Source: Squalus acanthias (taxonomy: Eukaryota). From it: 64,000 nucleotides of DNA. A model generated the notes under the pieces. The model worked only from the letters and a program-made list of their open reading frames with translations, was not told where the DNA came from and searched no databases. Positions within the stretch are counted from its first letter, which is position 1. The number at the start of each line of letters is the position of its first letter. This document shows, in pieces, positions 1 to 12,350 of this stretch. Where the stretch lies: NCBI GenBank assembly GCA_030390025.1, contig CM059432.1, forward strand, positions 18,230,001 to 18,294,000. Direction: 5' to 3'. Made by a program: the position numbers and the translations under genes.

Positions 1-200
1 AATAAATTGATGTGTTTGTAAATATATTGTTGTGTTTGTGAACAAATAGTTATGCTTGTAAATAAATATTTGTGTTTGGTAACAAATAGTTCCGTTTGAC
101 AAGAAAGAGTTGTGTTTGTTGATAAATGGTTGTGTTTGTTTATGAATAGTTGTGTTTCATAAGAGAGAGTTGCGTTCAATAATAAATTGTTAATTTGACG
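1..200. repeat. Degenerate ~20-bp AT-rich tandem repeat (aaatagttgtgtttgt-like) downstream of the transposase
   Basis: Recurrent 'ttgtgtttgt...aaata' units. A similar composition occurs on the opposite strand at 54780-54830 in the sister element. Confidence 0.6.
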
Positions 201-297
201 TTGGATATTTTGTGATGTTTCTCATTTGAACTTTGCCCGGTGATAGGGGCTGCGAGCTGGATGTAATGATATGGCTGTGCTGTGCAAACGCCATGTG

Positions 298-1462
298 CTA
301 TATCATTGATTGGAAGCGCTGTCTAATGAGGCGCTCACGCACGGCCCTTGCAGAAGCATGATTGAGTGCCTCCCTCCTCTGTTGCTGCTGCTCCTCCTCC
401 TCCTCTTCATCCTCCTCCTCCACCTCCTCCTCCTCCTGAGGTGGACCTGTAATCCCTGGTGGCAATGGCTGGGCCCTCAGAATGGCCAGGTTGTGCAGCA
501 TGCAGCACACAACAATGAAAATGGAGACTCGATCAGAGGAGCACTGCGGGGCTCCTCCAGAGCGATCAAAGCAGCGGAACCATTGCTTTAGCACTCCGTT
601 AGTGTGTTCGATCAGGTTCCTGGTGGCGCTATGGCTGTCATTGTATGTGTGCTGAGCAGGAGTGTTGGGGTTGTGGAGGGGTGTCATCAGCCAGGTGGCG
701 AGTGGATAACCCTTGTCCCCGAACAGCCAGCCGTGAGCTTCATGTGGTGGGTGGAACAGTGCTGGGACACCGGTCTGTCGCAGGATGAATGCATCGTGGC
801 TGCTGCCAGGATAGTGGGCATTGATGGCAAGGATGCGCTGTCTGTGGTCGCACACCAACTGAACGTTCAGAGAGTGGTAGCCTTTGCAGGTTGCGGAGCA
901 CCTCTGCATTGTGATGAGGTGCCCGTAATGCCACGTGGGTGCAGTCAATGGTGCCCTGAACCATGGGGAAGCCGCTATCCTTGCAAAGCCACATGAGAGT
1001 TCATCCTGTTTCTCTCTGGTCATGGGGAATGAGATGTACTCCCTTCTCCTTCTGTAGAGAATGTCTTTTACCTCCCGGATGCAGCAATGGATAGCAAACT
1101 GCGAAATCTTTGCAATATCTCCTGGAAGAAGCCGTTGGCGTAGAATTTGAAAGAGACTGTGATCTTAACTGCCACTGAGAGAGACATCCTGGTCCTGAGC
1201 TGAGGCTGGAGGTCTGGCTGCAGGAGGTGGCAGAGCTCTGTGACCACCTCTTTGCTGAAGTAGAGCCTTCTAAGGCACTTCTCCTCTGAGAGATGAATGT
1301 AGGAGAAGTGCTCCCGGAAAACCCTGGGAGGGTCAGGCCTCCTGTTGCGACGTCTGTCGGCCCTCTCCTACCCCTGGCCACATTTGGCAATCTCTGTCTC
1401 TGCATCCGCTGCCTCCGACGTAGTTGCCGGGGGGCAAGGTGGAGCGCCAGTACAGCCCCCAT
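298..1462 (-). pseudogene. Harbinger DDE transposase (HARBI1-like, DDE_Tnp_4 type), frameshifted
   Basis: Motifs are spread over three frames: GTIDCTHV (740-994), [18 protein letters not shown] and RNLIEHT (298-1023), with N-terminus MGAVL at 1462. Collinear with 53487-54644. Confidence 0.9.
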
Positions 1463-2063
1463 AAATGAGAGAAAAGAGGACGTAGAAATGTTCAGAGCAA
1501 TACAAGTGAAGAAACTGTTAGAGCAGCAACAAAGCAGAAATGGAGAAAACGTGAACGCAGCTAAAACGCTATCTGGCAAGGCAGCAATGAATCTGACCTC
1601 CCAATGAACTGGTAAGTGATCCCTTTAAATAGCGCCCCATGAGCGGCAATCCCAGGTATCAACGCCTGCTATGTCTGTTGTTCTCAGCGCCAGGCGGTAA
1701 GTCAGGGGAAGCGACTGAATTTCGCATCCGGGGCGCTAACGGGGCATTGCACATTCATTGACGTCATGGTCTGAGTGGCGCTAGAGGGCCAGGCGTTAAG
1801 TGTTTGCGCCGGCGCTAAATGTCGACCAAATTTCGCGGGTGGCGTTGGAATCGTTGCGCTCGGACAATAAGTCCTTAGCGCCCCTACCCCTTTAAAGTCT
1901 TTTTTAATGGTGTGTTTTATGATTTTGCAAATGATTTTTAAAAAAATGATCCTCGCTGAGTCCTGCACTGTATTTTGTGTTCTTTCGATGCATTTTTAGG
2001 ACCTCAGTATGAGTCACAATTAAAATGGTAAACTTTCCATGGTTGCATGTTTCTAAACATGCT

Positions 2064-2881
2064 GGGGGGAAATTCGGTTGGTTAGCGCCTCCCGTTAGCG
2101 CCTCCGGGGGGCGCTAGGAACTTAGCGCCCGAGCGTAGCGATTTTAGTGCCGCTCGCGAAATTGATCAGTTGTTTTGCGGCGGCGCTAAACACTACCACC
2201 AGGATCTCCTGCGCCCGCAGATCGTGACCTCAGTCGAGCGTGTAGCGCCCCGGACCGGATATTGAGTCGCGCCCTCTGCCTTAGCGCCTGCCGCTAGGAA
2301 CGACAGGTAGAGGGGAACGTTTTTAAGTCGGGAAGGGGCTGGGGGAGCGCTATTTAAAGGCGGGCGCTTCCTGCCTTTTCTTGTCGGCAAAATTTTTGGT
2401 ACACGCAGGTTGAGAGGGAGAGAGACGTCGGGAGAGATTTAACGCTGTCCTGAGGAGTTTTGGCCCTCAGCACCACTTTTGAGGTTCCTAAGCGCCGAGC
2501 TCTTTCCCTGGGCCTATCCATTAGTGCTTCCAACACAATTGCTATTGAGGTCTCTCCAGGCCGAGATTCAAGGCTGCAATGAGCAGGGTGTGGCTGGCCA
2601 GCAAGATGGCCCCTCCCCTTTAAGAACTGGACGGCGCCAGTCTGTCTGGCTTCCATGGTAACTGACATCGCCCGAGCTTCGGTAGCGTTCTGAGGTAGCG
2701 CCTCGCTCCCTGACGTTTGTGCCTTAAGAGAGGTGTGTTGCGCCTGATTTAGCGCTCAAATCACCTCCAGGGGCGATAGAGGCGAATTCTGCAGTCAGAG
2801 GCGATAATTAGCGCCGGGCGCTAAACTTTGCGTCCGGCCGATATTAGTGCCCCGAAATGGGCGATACCCAATTTTTTCCCC
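2064..2881 (+). mobile_element. Non-autonomous Harbinger internal-deletion derivative (818 bp)
   Basis: Ends GGGGGGAAATTCGGT and ACCCAATTTTTTCCCC with TSD GCT. Left part matches 53006-53440 and right part matches 59080-59405. Confidence 0.88.
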
Positions 2882-3139
2882 GCTGTGCCTAATGTGCATA
2901 AATGATGGTTACCTGGCTTGGCTCTTTAATTTTCATACTAAAGACAAAATATATGGCGTGAATTCAATGCTTTCCTCAGGTCCCGATTGTTTCCGCTGAT
3001 TTCTGCTTGCTTGTGCTGAACTTGACATTCCAGCATATGCTAATGAGATTGACAGGAAATTTCGGCATTAATTGGCATCGGCAAAAAGGGCGCACGATTG
3101 AGCATAATTTGGGGTAATTGTGACAGGAAATTGCGCCCC

Positions 3140-3490
3140 ATCATCGAGATTGACACTTCAGGGCCATGGTGAGGCAATGCTGCACTGTTGGTGGTGGTGT
3201 CTTTCAGGTGAGAGATTGAACTGTGTTCTGGTGTTTGGTTGCTCTGGTGGTTCAGGTGGTTGTCGAAGACCTTTGCCCCTGTCCAGAAAGAGTTGGCAGT
3301 TCTCCTGCCGACCTGGCTAGCATATCTCCTCCAAACTACACCACCGAAACACATTAACTGGTTATTCACTTCATTGATGTGCGATTTTCCAGTGTGCAAA
3401 ATCACTGGTGTGTTTATCCACGCAACAACACTAAATGCATTTTAACATAATTCAGTGTATGCAAAGTGCGAAGTGCTTTGGAATGTTTTT
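3140..3490 (+). mobile_element. Old, highly diverged Deu-domain SINE copy
   Basis: Collinear but degenerate match to the SINE at 29855-30316 (tgctgcactgttgg...gtctttcaggtgagag...gtgtgcaaaat). Confidence 0.55.
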
Positions 3491-3811
3491 GAGAGGCATG
3501 CTAGTATTACTGAAAGCTCTTTGTTTTCTTCTTATATTGTGATCAATTGAATTTTCCTCAGATTTCTTTTCCAGAGTTGTGTTAAGCTCTGGGAAGCCAA
3601 AAGTGCCCTCTGCTGGTTTGTGGCCAACCCTGCAGGCTAGGGGATGGATGGCAATGATAAAAGCGGCGCAAAACGACCCACTTATCCACAGCCAGCCCAT
3701 GAGGCGATAACTGATTCTCACCCTGATTATATATCGAGTCCAGAGGCTGCTTTGCTTAATCAGGTCGATTAATGTCCAATGTGTGTTAGACAAACAGAAG
3801 ATAATTCCTAC

Positions 3812-3906
3812 AGCAACAGAAAACGCTGGAAAAACTCAGCAGGCCAGGCAACATCCGTGGAGAGAGAAACAGAGTTAACGTTTCAGGCCGAAACCCTTCG
3901 TCAGAA
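3812..3906 (-). mobile_element. Penelope pseudo-LTR fragment with a minimal hammerhead core
   Basis: Same sequence as 41960-42056. The minus strand reads CTGACGA-a-gggt-TTCG-gcct-GAAA-cgtt at about 3873-3906; stem I is truncated. Confidence 0.7.
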
Positions 3907-3942
3907 GATAATTCCTACTTTACTAAAACTGCAAAGAAATAA

Positions 3943-4788
3943 TGGCCCAGAATTTGCTGCCTAAATAATGGCACTTGCTGTTGTTAACGTGCAAATTGCC
4001 CAGCAACTTGTGGCGCGGGAGAGACACCCCGTGAATTGCGAATCGCCACAAGTCGCTGGACAATTTGCCGTTAGCATGGCCCTCGACCTCCCTGTAGGTA
4101 TCATGAAGTTGTTGCATTTGCACATTAATTGTGCCTTAAACTTCATAGAATCATAGAAATTTACGGCCATTCAGCCCATCGTGTCTGTGCCGGCCGAAAA
4201 AGAGCTATCCAACCTAATCCCACTTTGCAGCTCTCGGTCTGTAGCCCTGTAGGTTGCAGCACTTCAAGTGCTTATCCAAGTACTTTTTAACTTACCCCAG
4301 AAAGTTAAGGCTAGTATTTAACAGCGCAAGTACCTTTTTAAGGAGGAGATTTATGTCCCTGCAATGCCAATCAACCTCTCCAGCCCAGATTTAAACTGTG
4401 AGTCTCATTCCTACAAGCAATAAATTGTTAGAGAATTTTAAAATGTAAAGTTTTCTTACCTTTACTTTCTGTCTCTTTTCTCTCTCTCTTAATCCAATCT
4501 TTCTTTCCCTCTTTTATTTCTCTTTCTGTACCTGATTTGGCTCTAATTCACCTACTCCGATTCACCCTCCTTCTCCGTCATTCCTCTGTTTCTTTCTCAA
4601 TCCTTCAACTAATTGGTGAAGGAGGTAGACTATTGGTCCCGTCGTTCACTAAAGCTGAGATGCCTCGTTGCCCTCACTGCGCCGTTACCAGCTCACGCTT
4701 TCAGCAACTTACAGGGCAAAACTTTATCGAGCTGGAGGGAGAGTGGTAAAGTCTAACTAACGGGGCACGCTCCTGCAAATTCTGGGCC
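3943..4788. mobile_element. Harbinger-type MITE with a short CR1 3' fragment nested at about 4144-4288
   Basis: Perfect TIRs GGCCCAGAATTTGC and GCAAATTCTGGGCC. The TSD is not clean (AAT/ATC). Confidence 0.75.
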
Positions 4789-5454
4789 ATCACCTTATCA
4801 GACTGGTCATGGAAAACTCATTGAAAATGCAAAACAGTTTGAAGTCAACTGCCAGGCAATCCAAAGAGTGGAGAATTCTGCTGTTAAGTTGTATGGATGC
4901 TAAGCACTTATCTGCAGCTCATCTCCCATTTTTACTTTTCCAAAGCATTCCTCTCTGCAGGACTCCTATGCAGAACCATGTCCTTCCTCCATTTTGGCTG
5001 CTGTTTCTCAGTGTATTTGCATTTTAACAATGTAAACAACCAGAACCCAGACAACCAGTCAATCATGTATTTAATATGACAATTATCATAATATAACAGC
5101 GATGAGAGATGGGTGACAGAAAATCTTAAAACAACAATCTTGGGGCTCAGATAACAAATATAAACCGGTTGTGCTGTTCTTATGTTTAGATTGTTGTTGT
5201 GGCTCCCAATAAACCAGCATTGAATGATAAAGGAATAACAACTAGATTTCTTATAGTTGAAAACAACTTTATGCTGAGGCAACATTCAGCTGCTCAACTT
5301 CTGCTTACAACCTTCATCTTGCAGAATGACCTGCAGTCTCGTTCTAACCAGCTGTTAATCAAGTATTAATACTTAATCATGTTAATGGTTCATCTATAAA
5401 TTCTCAGCATCAAACTGATATACTGTTAAATCATTGTTCAAAACAAACATTTAT

Positions 5455-5770
5455 AAGAACATAAGAAATAGGAGCAGGAGTAGGCCAGTTGGCCCTTCGA
5501 GCCTGCTCCGCCATTCAATAAGATCATGGCTGATCTTCTACCTCAACTCCACCTTCCCGTACTATCCCCATATCCCTTGATTCCCTTCGTTCCCGAAAAT
5601 CTATCGATCTCTGTCAATGACTGAGCCTCCACAGCCCTCTGGGGTAGAGAATTCCAAAGATTCACAATCCTTTGAGTGAAGAAATTTCTCCTCATCTCAG
5701 TCTAAATGGCCTGACCCCTTATTCTGTGACTGTGACCCTGTGTTCTAGATTCCCCAGCCAGGGGAAACAT
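5455..5770 (-). mobile_element. CR1 LINE 3' fragment
   Basis: Reverse-complement CR1 tail (ataagaacataagaaataggagcaggagtaggcc) plus the end of ORF2. Confidence 0.85.
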
Positions 5771-6418
5771 TTATAATTAAATTGTCCCCTTGTAATGTTT
5801 CATTTGCATATATGACTATAATATACCCATATTGTTATACATAAATGTTTTACTTGCAGAAATGAATATTTATCCACATATAATTACAGTCCTCATCAAT
5901 CCCCTTGGGTGGTCATCTTCACGCCAGGTTGTGAAGACTGTTGGTATTGTTCAATCGACCATCTTTATCTGATAGACTGGCACTCGAAGCAAATGACTGT
6001 TCTTCACAGGAACCATGAGTATAAAATCTAGCATGTTTTGTGCATTAGCAGCTTGTCTTGTCTTGTCATGGAGTATGGCAAAGAATTAGGCTGTATAAGA
6101 TTGTGCCTACATCGTTCATACAAAGACTGCATTCTTACTCCGCTAAGGAACAAGATTATTTATTTCTGAGGCGTATTTCATCACATGTTCTGTAAGGATA
6201 ATTCAAATGGCATTGAAATAAAATGTAATGGGGATGGTAAAACGTACATTACCCAGCACATACGGAATCTATTATCAGAATTTCCAAAATTCTGTACATA
6301 TTATACTTGTTGCAGGCACAAATGTAATTTAAGTATATTGCAGTACCTCAGCCATGGCTCTGCTTTCTTGATTACAGCGCAAACCGTACAGCTTAGCAAG
6401 GTTAGGATTACAGTTCAC

Positions 6419-8100
6419 GGGGCTGAATTTCCTCGGCGGTTCGACCGAACTCCCGCTGGAACCACTCGGAAACAAGTCGGGACCAGCGTATGGCAGGACC
6501 CAATCTTAGTAAAGAAATCCCAATAGGCCTTGTAAAAGGTAGAGCCTCCACCTGCCCTTTACAAGGACAGCTATGTCAGAGGGCGGTGGGGCTGAGGAGG
6601 GTAAGGGCTCCTCAGCTGGATGTTCTTGCTTCCCCAGTCCATAAGGGAGACAGCGTAACACTGAAGATCAGTACGCCTAGTTCGATGAGACGTACTGACC
6701 TCCAGTATGGGGGAGAAATGGGCCCCACTGGCGAGGGCGGAGTTGCGGGGTTGGGGTCCAGGCTAAGGAAGTGGCCAAGGCCCCCCGCAAAGAACATGCA
6801 ATTCATACAGAGGCCAAGGAGGGGGGGGGGGGGCAGACTGCCTAAGATCTCCGCGTGGGTAGGGGAGGTGCTGGAGTTTCTGGAGGAGGACCTGAAAAGC
6901 GTCCACAATAACGTGGGTCCCTTCCGGACCCTTGCAAATGAGTTGCCCACCCACTGAAATGAGTTGCCCACCCACTGAAATGAGATGCCCACCCACTGAA
7001 ATGAGTTGCCCACCCACTGAAATGAGTTGCCCACCCACTGAAATGAGTTGCCCTCCCACTGAAATGAGATGCCCACCCACTGAAATGAGATGCCCACCCA
7101 CTGAAATGAGTTGCCCACCCACTGAAATGAGTTGCCCACCCACTGAAATGAGTTGCCCACCCACTGAAATGAGTTGCCCACCCACTGAAATGAGATGCCC
7201 ACCCACTGAAATGAGATGCCCACCCACTGAAATGAGATGCCCTCTCACTGAAATGAGATGCCCTCTCACTGAAATGAGATGCCCTCCCACTGAAATGAGA
7301 TGCCCTCCCACTGAAATGAGATGCCCTCCCACTGAAATGAGATGCCCTCTCACTGAAATGAGATGCCCTCCCACTGAAATGAGATGCCCTCCCACTGAAA
7401 TGAGTTGCCCACCCACTGAAATGAGATGCCCACCCACTGAAATGAGATGCCCACCCACTGAAATGAGATGCCCTCTCACTGAAATGAGATGCCCTCTCAC
7501 TGAAATGAGATGCCCTCCCACTGAAATGAGATGCCCTCCCACTGAAATGAGTTGCCCACCCACTGAAATGAGTTGCCCACCCACTGAAATGAGATGCCCT
7601 CCCACTGAAATGAGATGCCCTCCCACTGAAATGAGTTGCCCACCCACTGAAATGAGTTGCCCACCCACTGAAATGAGTTGCCCACCCACTGAAATGAGAT
7701 GCCCTCCCACTGAAATGAGATGCCCTCCCACTGAAATGAGATGCCCTCCCACTGAAATGAGATGCCCTCCCACTGAAATGAGATGCCCTCTCACTGAAAT
7801 GAGATGCCCTCCCACTGAAATGAGATGCCCTCCCACTGAAATGAGATGCCCTCTCACTGAAATGAGATGCCCTCCCACTGAAATGAGATGCCCTCTCACT
7901 GAAATGAGATGCCCTCTCACTGAAATGAGATGCCCTCCCACTGAAATGAGATGCCCTCTCACTGAAATGAGATGCCCTCTCACTGAAATGAGATGCCCTC
8001 TCACTGAACCCACAAACTCCAGTGGGGTTGGCGAGGAAGGGCATCCTCGGGCATGATCAAAGCATAAGCGCCGGGATTGCTCCCACAGATTTTCAGGGCC
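6419..8100. mobile_element. Putative Harbinger-type MITE carrying a minisatellite
   Basis: Imperfect termini GGGGCTGAATTT and ATTTTCAGGGCC with a GC-rich interior. No clear TSD. Confidence 0.45.
6936..8006. repeat. Minisatellite, 51 x 21 bp, AAATGAG(A/T)TGCCC(A/T)C(C/T)CACTG
   Basis: Exact 21-bp period with three variable positions. There are 51 heptapeptide units in the 6932-8056 translation. Confidence 0.98.
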
Positions 8101-8455
8101 AGTAGTGGATACGCTACTAACAAGTTCACTGCTTCAAATATGCCGGCTATCCCCACAATATAGGTGCAGACATACAAAGTGAACTATCTCTTCATGTCCT
8201 CGGGGATGCTCTTCGGGCTGTTGTCTTATTTATTTGAGCCTTATTTCCTGGCTTAGCTAATCTTGTGCATATGCATTTCTCTGTATTGCTATACTGTCAA
8301 TATACTCTCTCTCTGTACTCAGAGACGCAAGTTAGTAAACACAGTGGTGATACACTTCACAAGTTACTCCTGTCAAGTTAGCCTCCCAACTTCCCTCTCT
8401 TAATACTTTTGCTTCTGTAGGACTGCTTTGAGGCTCCTTAAAACGTCTGTTTAAC

Positions 8456-9130
8456 CTAGGAACAGGAGTAGGCCACTCAGCCCCTTGAGCCTGTTCTGCT
8501 ATTCAACTAGATCATGGCTGAACTCCATTTACCAGCCTGTGCTCCACATCCCTTAATACCCTTACCTACCAAAAGTCTATCTATCTCAGTTGTGAATTTT
8601 TCAATTGACCGAGGCTCAACAGCTTTTTAAGGGAGAGAGTTCCAGATTTCCACTACCCTTTGTGTGGAGAAGTGCTTCCTGACATCACCCCTGAACGGCC
8701 TGGCTCTAATTTTAAGGTTAGGCCCCCTTGTTCTGGACTCTCCCACCAGAGGAAATGGCTGCTCTTTATCTACCCTATCAAATCATCTTAAACAACTCAA
8801 TTAGATCATCCCATAATCTTCTATATTCAAGGGAATACAAGTCTAGTCACTGCAACCTTTCCTCATAATTTAACCCTTTTAGCCCTGGGATCATTCTGCT
8901 GAATCTGCGACGCACCCCCTCCAAGGCCAATGTATCCTTCCTGAGGTACGGTGCCCAGAACAGGACGCAGTGACTCCAGATGTGGTCTAACCGGCGCTTT
9001 ATACAACTGGAGCATAACTTCCACCCCTTTGTCTTCCAGCCGCCTTGAGATAAAGGCCAACATTCCATTAACCTCTTTAATTATATTTTATACCTGGCCA
9101 CTAGATTTTTAGTGATTTCTGTACCTGGAC
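8456..9130 (-). mobile_element. CR1 LINE 3' fragment (ORF2 C-terminus)
   Basis: QLYKAPVRPHLE and WAPYLRKD...[24 protein letters not shown], with the CR1 tail at 8456. Confidence 0.88.
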
Positions 9131-9407
9131 GGAACTATGCCAGCAATTTCTTTGGAGGTATCTCCCAATCAGCCACCGTAGCTTCAGTGGAAGATCGATG
9201 GAAATCCAGGATAGACGTGCAAATGGGGTTTCCGCCAAATCTATAGCAGCCGATTTGGAGACACGTTGAGGAAATTCTTGGTGCTAGTCTTCCGAGCTTC
9301 CGAGCACTCTGTTAAACATTTTTGTTCTGTTATTGTGCTCTTCCTGTCTACTGGGTTCGAGTCTGCCACTCCTTTTCAGTCCTTCTGCCTCTCTTCTACC
9401 TTCAGAC

Positions 9408-9540
9408 CAATGCTCCCGTTAAGCCACTCGGCCGCGTGGCGCTCTGAAGCTCCCGCACAGCCGGCTCACCGGCTTTTAAGTGGGGAAAAACTCCACTTAA
9501 AGGGGCCGCGCACCGAAAAAAAACCTGAAAGGAAACATTG
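9408..9540. mobile_element. hAT-type MITE (133 bp)
   Basis: Termini CAATGCTCCC and GGAAACATTG with a perfect 8-bp TSD CTTCAGAC. Related to 18316-18458. Confidence 0.88.
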
Positions 9541-9585
9541 CTTCAGACCTGACTGACTCCGAGAGGGAAATGGTATCGCTTTTAT

Positions 9586-9749
9586 GAGGGTAATTTTAAC
9601 CTAACCTGTCCAGCTGGAAACTGTTGGGATCGGATTGACTGCCCGTTTTACACGCTGCCCGATTGACTTCAATGAAAGGTAAAACCGGGCTGGGTATAAA
9701 ATGGGCTGTCGATCCAACTCACCTGGTGGGTTAGGTCAAAATTACCACT
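9586..9749. mobile_element. Palindromic Harbinger-type MITE (164 bp)
   Basis: TIRs gggtaattttaacctaacc and ggttaggtcaaaattacc with TSD TAT. Confidence 0.75.
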
Positions 9750-9775
9750 TATGTCTTAAATCTCACTGAAACGAG

Positions 9776-10042
9776 CTAGGCCATTCAGGGGTGGTGCTCG
9801 GAAGCACTTCTTCACACAAAGGGTTGTGGAAATCTGTAAGTCCCGCCCCGAAAAGCTGTTGAGGCTAGATCAATTCAAAATTTTACAACTGAGATTGATA
9901 GAGTTTTTGGTAGGTAAGGGTATTAAGGGATAGGGAACCAAAGCGGATAAATTTAGTTGCGATACAGATCAGCCATAGTCTAATTGAATGGCGGAACAGG
10001 CTTGAGCGGCTGACTGGCCGACTCTTGTTCCTATGTTCCTGT
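9776..10042 (+). mobile_element. CR1 LINE 3' fragment
   Basis: ttcttcacacaaagggttgtggaaatc ... tail cttgttcctatgttcct. Confidence 0.82.
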
Positions 10043-11149
10043 GTAGGAAGAGTCTGTGTTACAGATTATTCTGCTCCAGAGTTGACCGCTGTCCTATTTT
10101 AACAAAGGTGTTAATCCATTTAAATGGACAAAGGAATATCATACAAATTAATTAACTCATTCATTACTAATATCGCACAATACAACTTTTCCTGGACCGA
10201 TCACCCAGAGATAAAGGAGTATGTATAAAAGTGGGACATAGAGCTTAGATATTGTTAAAGGGTACTTTTATATATGGTTGACTTGGGACATAAATCGGCA
10301 GGAGGTAGTGTGTAAGTTGCTGGGGAGTACTTTTATGTACAGGTAAATTGGGTGCATATTGATTGCGATTGTACACTTGAATTTTGAACTGTAGTGTGAA
10401 TAAAGACCAATTTTATTGAGCACATACTTATCTGTCATTGTTACGCTTATTCGTAATTCTCAAAGTCCGAACAGTAGTAAGAGAAAGGCTTTCACACCTC
10501 ATTCAGGAAATTAAATAAATTAGGGCAAGACCATGACTGCGCAAATTGCACATGATCCAATGAATGGAGCAGACTCAAAGACGTTCCTCATTCTATACAG
10601 TATTCTTAAGTGAATGGGAAATGCAGAAGCATTCTGGAATTTTACACAAGGTCAATGAATAGAAGATGATTATGTATATTGCAAACAGTATGAAAGTTGC
10701 TTTGACATACTGGAATCTTATACAATGTAAATGTATAGCGATTCACAGATTGGATTTCTTGGATAATGCAAATTATTTTTTTTGAATAAGATAAATGAAT
10801 CGGAGGATGGTCGACTGAAATTCCAAACCTCTGTCAGAATTATGCCCTGATTAGCTCGATCCTTTCTGTAGTTAACTGCATCACAGTATGTTGTGCATCT
10901 GTGCTATCCTATTTATCCACTAGAAGGAGATGTAGCATTAAAAAAAATAATAACAGGGGTTGACTGGCTACCACTTGAGTGCACTGTTGCACTGTTGGAA
11001 CTTCAGCATCTACTGATTCATGTGTTACCCTGGAGGTCTGTTCCTGCTCAAACTGCATAAAGTTAGACTTCAGTGATAACTCACTGCAAAGTATTTCTCA
11101 TAACAAAGCTGGCAACACATAAACAGACCATTCAGACCATCTAATGATA

Positions 11150-11912
11150 CAACAACAACAACTTGTATTTATATAGCACCTTTAACATCGTAAAACGTCC
11201 CAAGGCACTTCACAGGAGTAGTTTAAGACAAAAAATTTGACACCGAGCCACATAAGGAGAAATTAGGGCAGGTGACCAAAAGCTTGGACAAAGAGGTAGG
11301 TTTTAAGGAGCGTCTTAAAGGAGGAAAGAGAGGTAGAGAGGCGGAGAGGTTTAGGCAGGGAGTTCCAGAGCTTAGGACCTAGGCAACAAAAGGCACAGCC
11401 ATCAATGGTTGAGCGATTATAATTGGGGATTCTCAAGAGGGCAGAAGTAGAGGAGTGCAGATATCTCGGGGGGAGGGGGGGCGGGGCTGTGGGGCTGAAG
11501 GCGGTTACAGAGATAGGGAGGGGAGAGGCCATGGAGGGATTTGAAAACAAGGATGAGAATTTAGAAGTTGAGGTGTTGCTTAACAGGGAGCCAATGTAGG
11601 TCAGCGAGCACAGGGGAGATGGGCGAACGGGACTTGGTGCAAGTTAGGACACGGGCAGCTGAATTTTGGATGACCTCAAGTTTACGTAGGGTGGAATGTG
11701 GGAGGCCAGAAAGGAGTGCGTTGGAATAGTCATGTCTAGAGGTAACAAAGGCATGGATGAGGGTTTCAGTAGCAGATGATCTGAGGCAAGGGCGGAGACA
11801 GGCGATGTTACGGAGGTGGAAATAGGCGGTTAGTTATGCCGCGGATATGTGGTCGGAAGCTCATTTCAGGGTCAAATATGACACCAAGGTTGCGAACAGT
11901 GTGGTTCAGCCT
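11150..11912 (-). mobile_element. L2 LINE 3' end with (TTG)n tail
   Basis: ORF2 C-terminus GPKLWNSLPKPLRLSTSLSSFKTLLKTYLF, and tail aaaggtgctatataaatacaagttgttgttg on the minus strand. Confidence 0.88.
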
Positions 11913-12090
11913 CAACACAATAAATTAAACTCGCTGATAGGTCAACCTGATATCATAAATGATAAAAATAGATTTGTTGATTGCTTTCTTCAAACTATCA
12001 CCCACCTCCCTGTATATGAGGTCAACTTCGCACACCATTGCAAAAATGCAAAAAGAGTACTTATTTCAGAAAAGCACTTTCAATGCATTT

Positions 12091-12350
12091 TACACCTCCT
12101 GACTCCCCAAAGCCTCTCCACCACCTACATGGCACAATTCAGGAGTGCGATGGAATACTCTCCACTTGCTTGCATGGCTGCAGCTGCAACAACACACAAG
12201 AAGCTCGACACCATCCAGGACAAAGCAGCCCGCTTGATTGGCACCTCATCCACAAGCCTGAACATCCACCACCGGCATACTGTGGCTGCAATGTGTACTA
12301 GCTACAAGATGCAGCATCTCCCCAAGGCTTCTTCGGCATCACCTCCCAGA
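12091..12350 (+). mobile_element. Fragment of a second CR1/L2-group LINE family ('family B')
   Basis: HLLTPQSLSTTY...MEYSPLA...KKLDTIQDKAARLIG, the same family as 20646-21503. Confidence 0.8.

Larger units (their letters stand above)
1..3139 (-). mobile_element. PIF/Harbinger DNA transposon, truncated by the window start, with a MITE nested at 2064-2881
   Basis: Transposase remnant at 298-1462, TAGCGCC/GGCGCTA-rich subterminal region at 1620-1885, and a candidate terminus GGAAATTGCGCCCC ending at 3139. The right boundary is inferred. Confidence 0.7.

Noticed and set aside
6936..8006. CRISPR-like array
   Set aside because: Units are contiguous with no unique spacers, there are no cas genes, and the context is vertebrate.
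6612..8056. Long ORFs of 203-416 aa on both strands
   Set aside because: These are stop-free frames of a 21-bp minisatellite, with heptapeptide repeats and no domain.
10040..10475. Possible additional solo LTR (TATAAAA ~10225, AATAAA ~10399)
   Set aside because: No TG...CA boundary pair with a matching TSD could be found.
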